Positions 1-10,764 are shown, numbered from the whole stretch's first letter. The stretch: DNA of 63,915 bases, filler included, from Candidatus Hydrogenedentota bacterium (GCA_040752395.1; 8 parts of 8 records of this genome joined end to end with filler, not necessarily neighbours in it); one strand, 5' to 3'. A program made the numbers and translations. Notes: generated by a model from the letters alone, not told the origin.

Positions 1-2
1 GT

Positions 3-56
3 CAGAACAGGATACGCCAGGATGGAACCCGGGTTCAGATTGTAAAGGGGTTATAA
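3..56 (+). CDS. C-terminal fragment of a probable RND membrane-fusion protein (window edge)
   Basis: Frame 3 reads QNRIRQDGTRVQIVKGL*, typical of MFP C-termini, and ends just before an RND permease. Confidence 0.45.
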   Translation, partial: QNRIRQDGTRVQIVKGL

Positions 57-59
57 TTG

Positions 60-3000
60 ATGAGGATACCTAAGTTTGCAGTAAGCCAGCCCGTGACAAT
101 AATAATGCTTTTCTTAGGTATCTGTCTGCTAGGTATTGTCTCTTTGACAAAATTACCCATAGATATGTTCCCTGATATAGAGCCTCCCGTAGCCTCGGTT
201 TTAACTTTCTGGCCCGGCTCAAGCGCGACTGATATAGAGAGCGAGATCACAGAGAAACTTGAGGATTATCTTAATACAGTGAATAATTTGGAGACACTTA
301 CCTCAAAATCTCTGGATAATTTTTCAGGTATATTCTGTAAATTTGAGTGGGGTACAGATATGGATATTGCAACAAATGATATAAGAGACAGACTTGAGTT
401 TGCCAAGAATGAACTACCAGATGATGCGCACACCCCGATGATCTTTAGATTCACCTCTGCAACTGCTCCGATAATGTTTATGACTATATCAAGCAGTGAA
501 AAAACCTGGCCCAGACTTTATCATCTTGTTGACAGATTGATTGCTGATGAACTCAAACGAATACCCGGTGTAGGAACAATTGAAATTTATGGCGGACTGA
601 GGCGGAGGATAAACGTATATTTTGATATAAAAAAAATAGAAGGGTACGGTCTATCCATTGATAAAATTAACGATATTTTAGAGAAAGAAAATTTGAATCT
701 GCCATCGGGTAGTATAAAATCAGGTGCTACAGAATATTTCCTACGGGTTCCTGCCCGGTTCAGGTCGATTGATGAGATAAAAAATATTGTGGTAGGTTAT
801 TTTGCTAATAGAGCTGTTTATTTAAAGGATATTGCCGGGGTAAAAGATGATTTTAAACCGCTGGAGATGAATGGATGGAGTAATGGGAAGAGAGCTCTTA
901 TCTTAATTTTACAAAAACAAAGCGGGAAAAATACGGTGGAGATTTCAAGAAGGATAAGAGATAGATTAGAAGAGATTAAAAACAATTTGCCACAGGATGT
1001 GGAGATATCGATAGCTATGGATATGGCAGAGAATATTTTAAACGCGATAAAAAATCTGAAGAATACTTTATACTGGGCAATATTTCTGGTAATACTTGTC
1101 ACATTAATATTTCTAAGAAGAATAAGATCATCGTTAATTATAGCATTGGTTTTACCATTCACTTTAATTATACCATTTATCTTTATATATCTTGGAGAAT
1201 ATACGATTAATGTCATCTCATTATTATCAATAGCTGTGGCTTCAGGGATCGTTGTTGATAATGGTATAGTTGTGCTTGAGAATATTATAAGACATTTTGA
1301 GACCAAGGGTGAGATAAGGTCTTCATCGGTTTTGGGTGCAGGTGAGGTAGGCAGAGCTATCACGGCCTCAAGTATGACGACTATTGTGGTATTCTTACCT
1401 CTTATTTTTGTAAAAGGGCTGGCAGGAATTATGTTCAAACAGCTCGGGTATATAATTATAATTACCGTACTTGCCTCGCTTGGTACAGCTTTAACTCTTA
1501 TACCGATGTTGGCGTCCCGATGGATTACGTCTACGCCGGAGTTGCTTAAAAAGAGAAAAGGGTTAAGCGGTACAATTTATAAAATAACAGAAGATTTGTT
1601 TAAATTTTTAGAGAGATGTTATGGTAATTTACTTAGTTGGTCTCTTAGTCATAGAAAAACAGTTTTAATTCTTGCTATCTCAATATTTATAAGCAGCGTT
1701 TCATTAATACCATTCATCTCAACATCATTTCTACCTGAAGTTGATTCAGGTGATGTTAGTGTTGTTTTCCGTCTCGTAGAGGGAACCAGGATAGAAGAAA
1801 CTAACCGGGTTGTGGAATCGGTTATGGATGATATCAAAGATATTGTTAAGAAACAAGAGATAAAGAATACATTTGCTTTTAATGGGAGTACAGAGAAAGG
1901 TATTGGTATTGCGCTCGGGTTTGAGGAAGGGGCTAATTGTGGAGAGGTGGGGTTTAAGCTTGTGGACCGAAGTAAAAGAAATAGATCTGCCATAGAGATA
2001 GCTAATCTTTTAAGAGAAAGAGTAAAAAAGATTCCAGGGGTTTCAAAGCTCAAGGTGACCGCAATAAGCCCGCTTACCGCTATAATGAGGGGTTGGCAGA
2101 AACCTATCTCAATTGAGGTTCAGGGATCAATTATGGAGGACAACCTGAATTTTGCTGAAAAGCTTGTCACCTGTATGAAGACGATTCCCGGGCTTGTGGA
2201 TATAGAGATAAGCCAGAAGAATCCTCGACCTGAGTTATGGCTGGAGATAGATAGAGAGAAGATAGCGTCACTTGGCTTAAATGTCCCAATGATCGGTTTA
2301 ACATTGAGAAACTATTTTTACGGGAAAGAAGTAACCGAGTTCAGAGATGGTGGAGAAAGTTTTGATATTTTTACCAGGTTTACGGAAAACGATAAAGATA
2401 GACTGAAAAACCTTATGCAGGCTCCTGTTTTTACGCCGGATGGGAGAATGATAAGATTAAGAAATATTGCACGAGTTGTAGATGGTAGAGGACCGATTGA
2501 GATCCAGCGGAAGAATAGACAGAATATTATCATGGTTAATGCTGACATATATGGCCGTTCGCTGGGAGAGGTGACACAGGATATACAGAAAGCACTTAGG
2601 AAAATGGATATACCAAGCGGAGTCTCGATAAATTTTGGTGGCGAGGTAGAGGAACAGAGGAAGGCATTTAAAGACCTTATTATATTATTAATACTCGGGG
2701 TTGTGCTTGTATATATGGTGATGGCTTCTTTATTTGAGAACCTGAAAGACCCATTTATTATAATGTTTTCCGTACCGTTTGCTATAACCGGAGTTATTTA
2801 TACTTTTTATATTGCGGATATAACTTTATCATTAATCTCATTTATGGGTATTATTATGCTGACCGGTATTGTGGTGAATAATTCTATTATTCTTATAGAT
2901 TATATATATTTACTAAAGAAACAAGGATATGGGTTATTTGAAGCAATCATAGAAGGAGGCAGGAGAAGACTTAGACCAGTTTTAATGACAACTTTTACTA

Positions 3001-3185
3001 CGATATTTGCCTTACTTCCGATGGCATTTTTCAAAGGTATGGGTGCAGAGGTATGGGGCCCGCTTGGTATGACGATGTTGGGTGGGTTAGCGGTCTCAAC
3101 TCTTGTCACACTTATTCTTGTCCCAACAATGTATTATATGTTTAGAGTCCAGGGTAGCAGTGACACCAACCAAACTCATGGGTGA
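60..3185 (+). CDS. RND efflux transporter permease (AcrB/CzcA family)
   Basis: About 1040 aa; LPIDMFPDIEPP, GIVVDNGIVVLENI, RRLRPVLMTT motifs; two large periplasmic loops; ATG at 60 after TTG at 57. Confidence 0.95.
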   Translation: MRIPKFAVSQPVTIIMLFLGICLLGIVSLTKLPIDMFPDIEPPVASVLTFWPGSSATDIESEITEKLEDYLNTVNNLETLTSKSLDNFSGIFCKFEWGTDMDIATNDIRDRLEFAKNELPDDAHTPMIFRFTSATAPIMFMTISSSEKTWPRLYHLVDRLIADELKRIPGVGTIEIYGGLRRRINVYFDIKKIEGYGLSIDKINDILEKENLNLPSGSIKSGATEYFLRVPARFRSIDEIKNIVVGYFANRAVYLKDIAGVKDDFKPLEMNGWSNGKRALILILQKQSGKNTVEISRRIRDRLEEIKNNLPQDVEISIAMDMAENILNAIKNLKNTLYWAIFLVILVTLIFLRRIRSSLIIALVLPFTLIIPFIFIYLGEYTINVISLLSIAVASGIVVDNGIVVLENIIRHFETKGEIRSSSVLGAGEVGRAITASSMTTIVVFLPLIFVKGLAGIMFKQLGYIIIITVLASLGTALTLIPMLASRWITSTPELLKKRKGLSGTIYKITEDLFKFLERCYGNLLSWSLSHRKTVLILAISIFISSVSLIPFISTSFLPEVDSGDVSVVFRLVEGTRIEETNRVVESVMDDIKDIVKKQEIKNTFAFNGSTEKGIGIALGFEEGANCGEVGFKLVDRSKRNRSAIEIANLLRERVKKIPGVSKLKVTAISPLTAIMRGWQKPISIEVQGSIMEDNLNFAEKLVTCMKTIPGLVDIEISQKNPRPELWLEIDREKIASLGLNVPMIGLTLRNYFYGKEVTEFRDGGESFDIFTRFTENDKDRLKNLMQAPVFTPDGRMIRLRNIARVVDGRGPIEIQRKNRQNIIMVNADIYGRSLGEVTQDIQKALRKMDIPSGVSINFGGEVEEQRKAFKDLIILLILGVVLVYMVMASLFENLKDPFIIMFSVPFAITGVIYTFYIADITLSLISFMGIIMLTGIVVNNSIILIDYIYLLKKQGYGLFEAIIEGGRRRLRPVLMTTFTTIFALLPMAFFKGMGAEVWGPLGMTMLGGLAVSTLVTLILVPTMYYMFRVQGSSDTNQTHG

Positions 3186-3231
3186 AGGCTTTTGTTACCA
3201 GATAGATGAGTAAAAATTCTGTGCAAATTGT

Positions 3232-3262
3232 ATCTATCTTCCACTGAAACGTGAGACACTTT
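3232..3262. mobile_element. IS terminal-repeat remnant (IS3-like)
   Basis: CTGAAACGTGAGACACTTT recurs inverted at about 45964-45982 and resembles the left end at 36361. Confidence 0.45.
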
Positions 3263-3390
3263 TGTATTCTATAATTCAATGCCTGACACTGCCAAACTGG
3301 TAGTTTAATGACACTTTGTGGGAATCACCAAGGTCTGAAAACGGAGTGAATGCGTAATCAATTGCAAGATCAGAAAACCGAAAACCCGCT

Positions 3391-3418
3391 TATTTACACA
3401 ATTTTTCTATTGACATCC
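3391..3418. mobile_element. IS end remnant (IS256-like TTTACACA...TTGACA)
   Basis: 28-bp exact duplicate of 18857-18884. Confidence 0.55.
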
Positions 3419-3546
3419 AATTCTGTTAAGGCTGTTAACGGCTTTAAGAGTTTTTATACTTAATTAAGGAAGAATATGCCCTTTTTTATTTCTTTTCAAT
3501 ATTCAATTTGCACTAAACTTTATACATTATCTCATCCCACTATCAC

Positions 3547-3575
3547 TTGACTTTTTAATATTCAGTCGATAGATT
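3547..3575 (+). promoter_or_regulatory. sigma70-type promoter, probable leaderless asnB mRNA
   Basis: TTGACT-17bp-TAGATT, ATG 6 bp downstream, no SD. Confidence 0.5.
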
Positions 3576-3581
3576 TTAGAT

Positions 3582-5480
3582 ATGTGTGGTATTTGTGGTG
3601 TATTTGCCTATAAAGATAAACAGATAGAAAAAGAAAAGTTATTACTGATGACACGCGCTCTGTCTCATCGTGGACCTGACGATGAGGGAGTCTTTATAAA
3701 TAATGAAATAGCTTTGGGACATCGAAGATTATCAATTATTGATTTAGATACAGGTGCACAGCCTATATTCAATGAGGATTCTAAGATTGTTGTTATTTTC
3801 AATGGTGAGATATACAATTATATTGAATTAAGAGATGAATTAATTAATAGAGGTCATATTTTTAGAACAAAATCAGATACTGAGGTACTTGTTCATCTTT
3901 ATGAAGATAAAAGAGAGAGGATGCTTCATCATTTGAATGGGATGTTTGCGTTTGCTATCTTTGATAATAACAACAAAGAACTATTTCTTGCACGGGATCG
4001 GGTTGGCAAAAAGCCGATAATTTATTCTAATACCAAAAACAGGTTATATTTTGCTTCAGAATTAAAATCGCTTCTAATTAGCGATGATATAAAGCGAGAG
4101 GTTAACACTGAAAAAATATCCGCATATTTAAAATGGCAATATATACCCTCCCCATATACCGCAATAAAAAACGTATATAAACTTCCAGCAGGCCATTTTT
4201 TAAAATGCGATAAAAACGGCTATATAAAGATTGTAAGATACTGGTATCCACCAGATGAAGAAGACTATTTTCTAAATTATGAGGAAACAAAAGAGAGATT
4301 AAGAGAAATTTTATTAGATGCGGTTAAGATCAGGTTAAGGAGTGACGTTGAGCTCGGTGCTTTTTTATCAGGTGGTGTTGATTCAAGCATCGTTGTTGCT
4401 CTTATAAAAAAGATTGCAGGCAATGTAAAAACTTTTACTATTGGGTTTTCTGAATCTGATTTTGATGAAAGTCAATATGCTGAATTTGTTAGAAGACAAT
4501 GGGATACGGACCATACAACACGGATTGTCAGTGCCGATATAAGAAGTGTTATAGAAAAAATTACATATTTTTATGATGAACCTTTTGGTGACTCAAGCTC
4601 AATCCCTACATATCTCGTCTCAAAAGAGACAAGTAATGATGTTAAGGTGGCTTTATCTGGTGATGGCGGTGATGAATTGTTCGCAGGATATCCAAGATAC
4701 AAAGGAGCTTATTTTTTAAATGTATTAGCCAAAACACCAGAATTTATCAGAAACGCAATTCTTAAAGTATTACCCCCAAATATCCCCACGCCAGAAGAAT
4801 ACACTGGTTTTATGAGGAATCTTTATAGATTTTATAGAGCATTAGAAGTAGTAAATAAAGATGAAAGAGATAGATATATAAGATTTATTATTATATTTGA
4901 TGAGGTTTTACGTAATTCATTACTTCTTCCACATTTAAGAACCAAGGAAGATGATTTTGTAGAAAGAATTTATTCACAGAATAAATTCAAAACATTAATA
5001 AGTCGTGCAGAATACGCCGATTTGTTAAGTTATTTAACCTGCGATATTTTATATAAAGTTGATATAGCTTCGATGTCGAATTCCTTAGAGGTGAGGTGCC
5101 CGTTACTTGATTACAGAATTATCGAACTTGCTATGAAGTTGCCCTCAAATTGGAAATTTAGAAATTTAGTATCAAAATATATATTAAAAGATATCTTTAG
5201 TGATTTATATCCAATGAAATTTTACAATAGACCAAAACGAGGGTTTGCATTACCACTTACTCACTGGTTTAGAACCGAGTTAAAAGATATAGTTTTTGAT
5301 TGTTTGTTTTCAAAGAAGAGTTTAGAAAGAGGGTATTTTAATCAGGATATTTTAAGAATGTTATGGGAACAGCATCAAAGTAAGAGATTTGACCATAGTG
5401 CAAGACTATGGACACTTGTTAGTCTTGAGTTATGGCACAGGAGGTATATCGATTGTAACCCCATCAGTTATAGGTGGTGA
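3582..5480 (+). CDS. asnB: Asparagine synthase (glutamine-hydrolyzing)-family amidotransferase
   Basis: MCGICG Ntn start, HRGPDD, GHRRLSIIDL, FLSGGVDSS, LSGDGGDE. Confidence 0.95.
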   Translation: MCGICGVFAYKDKQIEKEKLLLMTRALSHRGPDDEGVFINNEIALGHRRLSIIDLDTGAQPIFNEDSKIVVIFNGEIYNYIELRDELINRGHIFRTKSDTEVLVHLYEDKRERMLHHLNGMFAFAIFDNNNKELFLARDRVGKKPIIYSNTKNRLYFASELKSLLISDDIKREVNTEKISAYLKWQYIPSPYTAIKNVYKLPAGHFLKCDKNGYIKIVRYWYPPDEEDYFLNYEETKERLREILLDAVKIRLRSDVELGAFLSGGVDSSIVVALIKKIAGNVKTFTIGFSESDFDESQYAEFVRRQWDTDHTTRIVSADIRSVIEKITYFYDEPFGDSSSIPTYLVSKETSNDVKVALSGDGGDELFAGYPRYKGAYFLNVLAKTPEFIRNAILKVLPPNIPTPEEYTGFMRNLYRFYRALEVVNKDERDRYIRFIIIFDEVLRNSLLLPHLRTKEDDFVERIYSQNKFKTLISRAEYADLLSYLTCDILYKVDIASMSNSLEVRCPLLDYRIIELAMKLPSNWKFRNLVSKYILKDIFSDLYPMKFYNRPKRGFALPLTHWFRTELKDIVFDCLFSKKSLERGYFNQDILRMLWEQHQSKRFDHSARLWTLVSLELWHRRYIDCNPISYRW

Positions 5481-5738
5481 AGAAATAAGAAGTGAGAAGT
5501 GAGAAGTATCAGAAAAAAGAGGCAAGAAGCGAGAAGCAAGAAACGGTGTAACACAGAGTTGGTACCATCGATTAAAAAATTTACTTGCTAGTTTTTTATA
5601 TTTATGATAAACTGAAGATGTAGTGAACAGGACTCAAGACTTTTCAGCAGGCTACGGGCTTTTGGCTACAGCCGGCTGGAGACTGAAGAGCCCGAAGTCT
5701 GAAGCCTAATTATTAAAGTCACAACGTTTTTCAGTGGG
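5453..5738 (+). repeat. Mosaic heptamer-hairpin intergenic element (degenerate copy)
   Basis: AGAAGTG and GCAAGAA heptamers, GACTCAAGACTTTTCAGCAGG, CAGCCGGCTG palindrome, degenerate TATTAAAGTCACAACGTTTTTCAG end. Confidence 0.85.
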
Positions 5739-6168
5739 GTGTATTAAATTGGCTGCGGAAGCACTTAAGCAAGGGATAGAGAAACTTTATTTACGAAAAG
5801 GTAAAGCCGGGCTTCGTGAGGCTGAAAATAGTTTAAGAGAACTATTAAAAAATGAGTCTGTTGCGAAGTACAAAAGGGCACAAGCCAGACTATTGCTCGG
5901 ACTTATAAATTCAAAATTACATAACATAGATAAATCTCTTGAAGAATTGAATATATTTTTAAAAGAGTTTAATGATTACAAAGATGAATGCAATCTCGCA
6001 AAATTTCAAATAGATACCCTGTTAAAATTACGTAAGAAAGAGAAAAAAGATACAGAATATCATGGTTATATAAAGGGTGAGTTACACGTTGCTGAAGAGA
6101 GTTTCTATGAAAAGATACGTATACCGCTGATACAGAGCGCTATTTTAATCTTAATAGTTTTTTTAGGG
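5734..6168 (+). CDS. Hypothetical TPR-like protein, truncated by contig end
   Basis: Helical TPR-like pattern followed by a hydrophobic segment; runs into N gap; start uncertain. Confidence 0.55.
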
Positions 6169-6268
6169 NNNNNNNNNNNNNNNNNNNNNNNNNNNNNNNN
6201 NNNNNNNNNNNNTTAATTAATTAANNNNNNNNNNNNNNNNNNNNNNNNNNNNNNNNNNNNNNNNNNNN
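6169..6268. other. Artificial contig linker
   Basis: N44-TTAATTAATTAA-N44. Confidence 0.99.
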
Positions 6269-6335
<67 letters not shown>

Positions 6336-6369
6336 AAAGTAAGATATGAGTGGTTACGTTTGCATTGTG

Positions 6370-7317
6370 TTAATTTTTATTAAAGACTTCTGGTTCTGAA
6401 ACAATGATCTCAACATAAGGCATAATGGTTTTCAGGAATTCAAGATAAATTTGTTTACGTGTGATGGAGGTAGACGATTTGTATACTTTGAGTTTATTCT
6501 TGAACCGTTCGGTCTCGCCCTGTGCCTGCATAATGGTCTTCTTTTTATAGGATTCAGCCTCGGTTTTCAGTCTGTTTGCTTTAGACTCTGCTTTTGATAT
6601 CTCCTCGTTTCTGTAGGATTCAGCCTGGCTGATAACTTTATTCCGGTCAATTTTTGCGTTAATCACGTCGTCAAAGAACTGCTGGACCTTTGACGGCGGC
6701 CGCACGTTCTTTATCTCCACTGCGGTCACGTTTAATCCCGAATGCTCCATATCAAGTACACCCCGCAACTTGAACCTTATGTAATCTTCCATCTCTTTTT
6801 TGCCGTAGGTAAGCACTTTGTCAACATCAAGCCGGGAAATACAATGTATGATGGCGTTGGCCGTGGAATGGTAAAGTATGTCGCAAGCATTGGTAACATA
6901 AAACAGGTATTTTACCGGGTCAGATATATTGTACTGTATCACACACTCAATGTTGACGATGTTATTGTCACCGGTAATACAATAGGAAACCAGACCGGTT
7001 TTTTTATAAAAATCTGATGAAGCAGAACCCGGGTCAGTGCCTGGAAAGAAATCGTCAATAACTATACGGTGCGAAAGTTTGACAGGCACTTTTTTTATTG
7101 TATCCACAGGCCAGGGCAGAGAATAATGTATACCCGGCTGCACTTCTGACTCAATTATTTTGCCGAACCTGAGAATAACCCCAACTTCGTTTGACGAGAT
7201 TGAATATATACCTGAAAGAACGTATATTATAAATAGGGCAATTGCTACATGTTTGATAAATTTCTGTAAATCCACTAAGAGTATTCTGGTCAACTGGCTG
7301 CTGAAAAAAATTCTCAT
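6370..7317 (-). CDS. hflK: HflK-like SPFH/band-7 protease modulator
   Basis: TM segment, GVILRFGK, PGIHYSLPWP, ITGDNNIV, RPPSKVQQFFDDVINA, AEGE-like coiled coil. Confidence 0.9.
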   Translation of the reverse strand: MRIFFSSQLTRILLVDLQKFIKHVAIALFIIYVLSGIYSISSNEVGVILRFGKIIESEVQPGIHYSLPWPVDTIKKVPVKLSHRIVIDDFFPGTDPGSASSDFYKKTGLVSYCITGDNNIVNIECVIQYNISDPVKYLFYVTNACDILYHSTANAIIHCISRLDVDKVLTYGKKEMEDYIRFKLRGVLDMEHSGLNVTAVEIKNVRPPSKVQQFFDDVINAKIDRNKVISQAESYRNEEISKAESKANRLKTEAESYKKKTIMQAQGETERFKNKLKVYKSSTSITRKQIYLEFLKTIMPYVEIIVSEPEVFNKN

Positions 7318-8189
7318 TTCTGTTTATAATCCGATAAATATTTGAATAGTTCTGACCTTGTTGAGAGTATCAGAGTACTTTTGTTTTTAAGTATCTCCTG
7401 GTAAGTGTCCAGAGATTTAAGAAACTCAAAAAACTCAGGTTCCTGGGCATAAACACTGGCATAGGTTTTGAACGCCTCTTTGTCTCCCTGACCTTTGATT
7501 ATCTCGGCTTCCTTATAAGCCTCAGAAATTATACGTGAGACCTCTTTATCAGCTTCGGCCCTTATACGTTCGGCTTCCTGCTGACCTTCAGCCCTGAATT
7601 TGCGTGCCTCTTTCTCTCTTTCCGCACGCATACGTAAATATACTGATTCAGCAACAATTGAAGGATATAAGATTCTCCTGATACCGACCGAGACAATCTC
7701 TATACCATACTCCTGTTTTGACTTGGTGTTTGCATTAGTAAGTATGGTGGACTCTATCTGCTCGAGTTTGAGGTTTTCAGGTAGAGTGTTTATTATGTTT
7801 TCAATCGAGTAGTCACCAAGGGTGCTGCCAAGATAAGAATTGATCATATCGCTTATCTTCTGCTCAGCTGTAACCCGGGTTGATAAAGACTGTAGGAAGA
7901 GGAGTGGGTTATCTATCTTCCAGCAGATGAAACAGGATAATATGACTGGATTTTTATCGCCGAGCAGAAGCTGAATCGGCTGTGTAGTGAACACGTCAAT
8001 TTTTGCGTCAAGATAATTCACGGTTTGAAGAAAAAACGGCAGTTTGAAGTACAGACCAGGGGCTTTAATGATTCTGACAGGTTTCCCGAACTGGGTAAGT
8101 ACCGCATATTTTCCCGCAGGCACTACAAAAGTGATTGAATATATGATGACTATTAATATAACCAAAGAAATAATAACGCGTTTAAACAT
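7314..8189 (-). CDS. hflC: HflC-like SPFH protein
   Basis: VLTQFGKP, PGLYFKLP, VYLRMRAERE, RAEG, PEFFEFLKSL. Confidence 0.92.
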   Translation of the reverse strand: MFKRVIISLVILIVIIYSITFVVPAGKYAVLTQFGKPVRIIKAPGLYFKLPFFLQTVNYLDAKIDVFTTQPIQLLLGDKNPVILSCFICWKIDNPLLFLQSLSTRVTAEQKISDMINSYLGSTLGDYSIENIINTLPENLKLEQIESTILTNANTKSKQEYGIEIVSVGIRRILYPSIVAESVYLRMRAEREKEARKFRAEGQQEAERIRAEADKEVSRIISEAYKEAEIIKGQGDKEAFKTYASVYAQEPEFFEFLKSLDTYQEILKNKSTLILSTRSELFKYLSDYKQK

Positions 8190-8202
8190 AAAAATTCTCC
8201 TG

Positions 8203-9885
8203 TTATGGATTTATTTTGTCCTTGTTTACTTTCAAAAAGTCCAGCCATATTTGTGGAACGCCTGCATCTGGGTCTACGATAATTTTACGATTGTCACGTA
8301 CATAATCCTTTATGCTTGAAAGAAAAATTACTTTTTGTATCACGGGTCTGTTCATCCTGTAACCCTGGATCTGTTCTGAAAACCGTCTGGTGTCACCAGT
8401 TGAACGATTGGTTTTATCAATCACATAAGACTCGGCTTTTTTTATATCACGATATGCAGTGCTCTGAGACTGTGGCAGGGAACTGTTTTTATAAGCATAA
8501 GCCTCGTTTATAAAGGTTTCTTTTTCCTGCATCGACGCTATCACTTTCTCGAACGAATCACCTATAGAGATCGGTGGATGAATATCTTTTATGTTTACAG
8601 AGACCACATTCAAACCGCTTTTTATTTTATCGAGTTTTTCCTGCAGACAGGCTGAAGCATAGGATGAAAGTTCGTTTCTGAAACCGGTCACGATATCATA
8701 AAAAGATTTTTCGGAAAATATTTCAGTGAATACATTATGAGCAATCATATCTATAAGTTTTGCGTTATTCCTGTGAAGATAATAATAATCATAAACGTTC
8801 TTTATGGTATAGTGTATTGTAACGTAGGGATAAAAATAATTGTTATCACCAGAGATAAATGGTTCATCGGTACCGTGTTTTACGGTCCAGAGAAGAGCGT
8901 ATGCATCCTTATCCGGTATGTTACCAACGTCTACAATGCTTATTCTCTTTGTCTGAATTTTCATTACCTTGTCAAAAGGGAAGGGTAGTTTGAAATGCAG
9001 CCCCGGACCAACTGGTTTCTCGAAAGATAGTGGTTTACCCAACCGTTCAATGATAGCCTCGCTTGATATATCAACAACATAGACCGAGGTTGATAGATAT
9101 GAGATGATAATCATCGCAGGGATAACGTATTTAACAAAATATATAAACCATCGATAATACCTGCTGGATTCGATATCTATGTGAAAAATTTTGTCTATTG
9201 TACCCAACAGGTTGAGATACGTGTTTTTATCAGACAAATACGCAATAATCTCGCGTGTTTTGTACTGGAAGAATTGTTTGGTATCTTTTTTGAATATATA
9301 CAGAGTGGTGCTCACAAGAGTCTCGATGGCATAGAAAAATATGAATATGCCGATGAGCAGAGCCACGAATCTGTCTATGTTTAATCCTGCTGCGTAGAGT
9401 ATCAGAGAGAACCCGGTAAGCAGTGACGAGGTCATATCTGCTTTGGCATGCATGCCATCGGACATAAGACCCGGCGAACTCTCCTCCAGGCCGATAGTAA
9501 GTTCGAACCTGTGAACAACATAGTTCCCAAATGAAAATATTATGAATAGTATACCCGCTTCTACCGGATAATCTATTTTAACTGAACCATACTTTACAAC
9601 CTGAATAAATATGTTCAGTGCTATAAAAAACAGAAGCAGACCTATGAGCAGTGAGATAATACATTCAGGGTCTTTTAACCTGCTTTCTTTTGCTGGTTTA
9701 TCCTTTTTTCTGAGTCTGATTGAGATAAGCACACCCACAGACGTGACTATATCACTGAACGAGTGAAGTGTTTCAGCAAGAATAGCAAGACTGCCAGACA
9801 AAATATACGCGCCGTATTTAAGCACCGTGAGTATAATGTTAAGGAACAAAGCCATTGAAGCAGCTTTATAAGAAGTATGACTCAT
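8203..9885 (-). CDS. Fusion of a cation diffusion facilitator TM domain and an HflK-like SPFH domain
   Basis: N-terminus has GSLAILAETLHSFSD and SDGMHAKAD (CDF TM2/TM5); C-terminus has ERLGKP, GPGLHFKLPFP, SGDNN, DIHPP. Confidence 0.88.
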   Translation of the reverse strand: MSHTSYKAASMALFLNIILTVLKYGAYILSGSLAILAETLHSFSDIVTSVGVLISIRLRKKDKPAKESRLKDPECIISLLIGLLLFFIALNIFIQVVKYGSVKIDYPVEAGILFIIFSFGNYVVHRFELTIGLEESSPGLMSDGMHAKADMTSSLLTGFSLILYAAGLNIDRFVALLIGIFIFFYAIETLVSTTLYIFKKDTKQFFQYKTREIIAYLSDKNTYLNLLGTIDKIFHIDIESSRYYRWFIYFVKYVIPAMIIISYLSTSVYVVDISSEAIIERLGKPLSFEKPVGPGLHFKLPFPFDKVMKIQTKRISIVDVGNIPDKDAYALLWTVKHGTDEPFISGDNNYFYPYVTIHYTIKNVYDYYYLHRNNAKLIDMIAHNVFTEIFSEKSFYDIVTGFRNELSSYASACLQEKLDKIKSGLNVVSVNIKDIHPPISIGDSFEKVIASMQEKETFINEAYAYKNSSLPQSQSTAYRDIKKAESYVIDKTNRSTGDTRRFSEQIQGYRMNRPVIQKVIFLSSIKDYVRDNRKIIVDPDAGVPQIWLDFLKVNKDKINP

Positions 9886-9914
9886 TTGTAACCCACCATT
9901 TAATTTATTAAATT

Positions 9915-10010
9915 GAGTGGGCGGAATGTTTTTAGGCCGCTAACCACTTGAAATCGTGTGAAATAATTTCTTGAAGAAGTGAGATAGTTCAGAGTATATT
10001 TTCCCGCCCA
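9915..10010. mobile_element. Degenerate MITE related to 17899-18079
   Basis: Shares AACCACTTGAAATCGTGT-N-AAATA and a GAG-start end; imperfect IR TGGGCGGAA / TTCCCGCCCA. Confidence 0.6.
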
Positions 10011-10754
10011 TTATTCCCTTTTTACGATCTTTTCAAATACGTAACTCTCCCCATTCCATTTGTATATTTCATCCTTTTCAGGAAAACGAACAACCATTTC
10101 CCAGAAACCATACATACCCTGAACTTCAGCAAGGTCTATCAGAAGAACCTGAGGTTTAAGTATATCTTTGACGCCTAAATCAGATCTTAATGTATAATCC
10201 CAGATTTTTTTAAACTCATTTGAGATGTATCTGTATATTTCTGTGCTGTAAACAAGCTGGTTCCGGTCAGGGTCAATATATTGATACTCTATGAGAAGTT
10301 CCGAGAGGTTGTCCTCAGAACTTACATTGATAATCCTGAAATCCGTGGAATCGCAGTTATATTTTTTGTCTATTTTAAATAACGGTTTTAACCCCATAGA
10401 AGTCTTATCAATGATAAAAAAGGAGGATAACAGGTCAACAACCATTTCAACTACTATCTCTGGTTCAGGGTCATTATCCATATTTCCATCCAGACAGTTG
10501 ACACCTGATATTTTGCATTCAGAGCCATCCTCCCAGATAAACCAGCGCTCATCTTTATTCATAGCATCAGGGTATGCAGCAAGTATAATGTCTTTGTTTG
10601 TATAATCCAGTTTTTTAAGCAAGTCAGGAACCTTTTTTTTGCTGGTCGCTGGCTTGGGTTTTATAATCTCTACTTTCTCTTTTTTGCCGCAGTCAAGACA
10701 CATAAGGATTAATACAAAAACAGTAATGAATTTATAGTAAGTTCGATTCAGCAT
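10011..10754 (-). CDS. Hypothetical lipoprotein
   Basis: Hydrophobic signal ending LMCLDC-GKKEK; start moved to ATG 10754 downstream of a TTGACT-17-TATGAT promoter. Confidence 0.7.
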   Translation of the reverse strand: MLNRTYYKFITVFVLILMCLDCGKKEKVEIIKPKPATSKKKVPDLLKKLDYTNKDIILAAYPDAMNKDERWFIWEDGSECKISGVNCLDGNMDNDPEPEIVVEMVVDLLSSFFIIDKTSMGLKPLFKIDKKYNCDSTDFRIINVSSEDNLSELLIEYQYIDPDRNQLVYSTEIYRYISNEFKKIWDYTLRSDLGVKDILKPQVLLIDLAEVQGMYGFWEMVVRFPEKDEIYKWNGESYVFEKIVKRE

Positions 10755-10764
10755 AGTTGGATGC

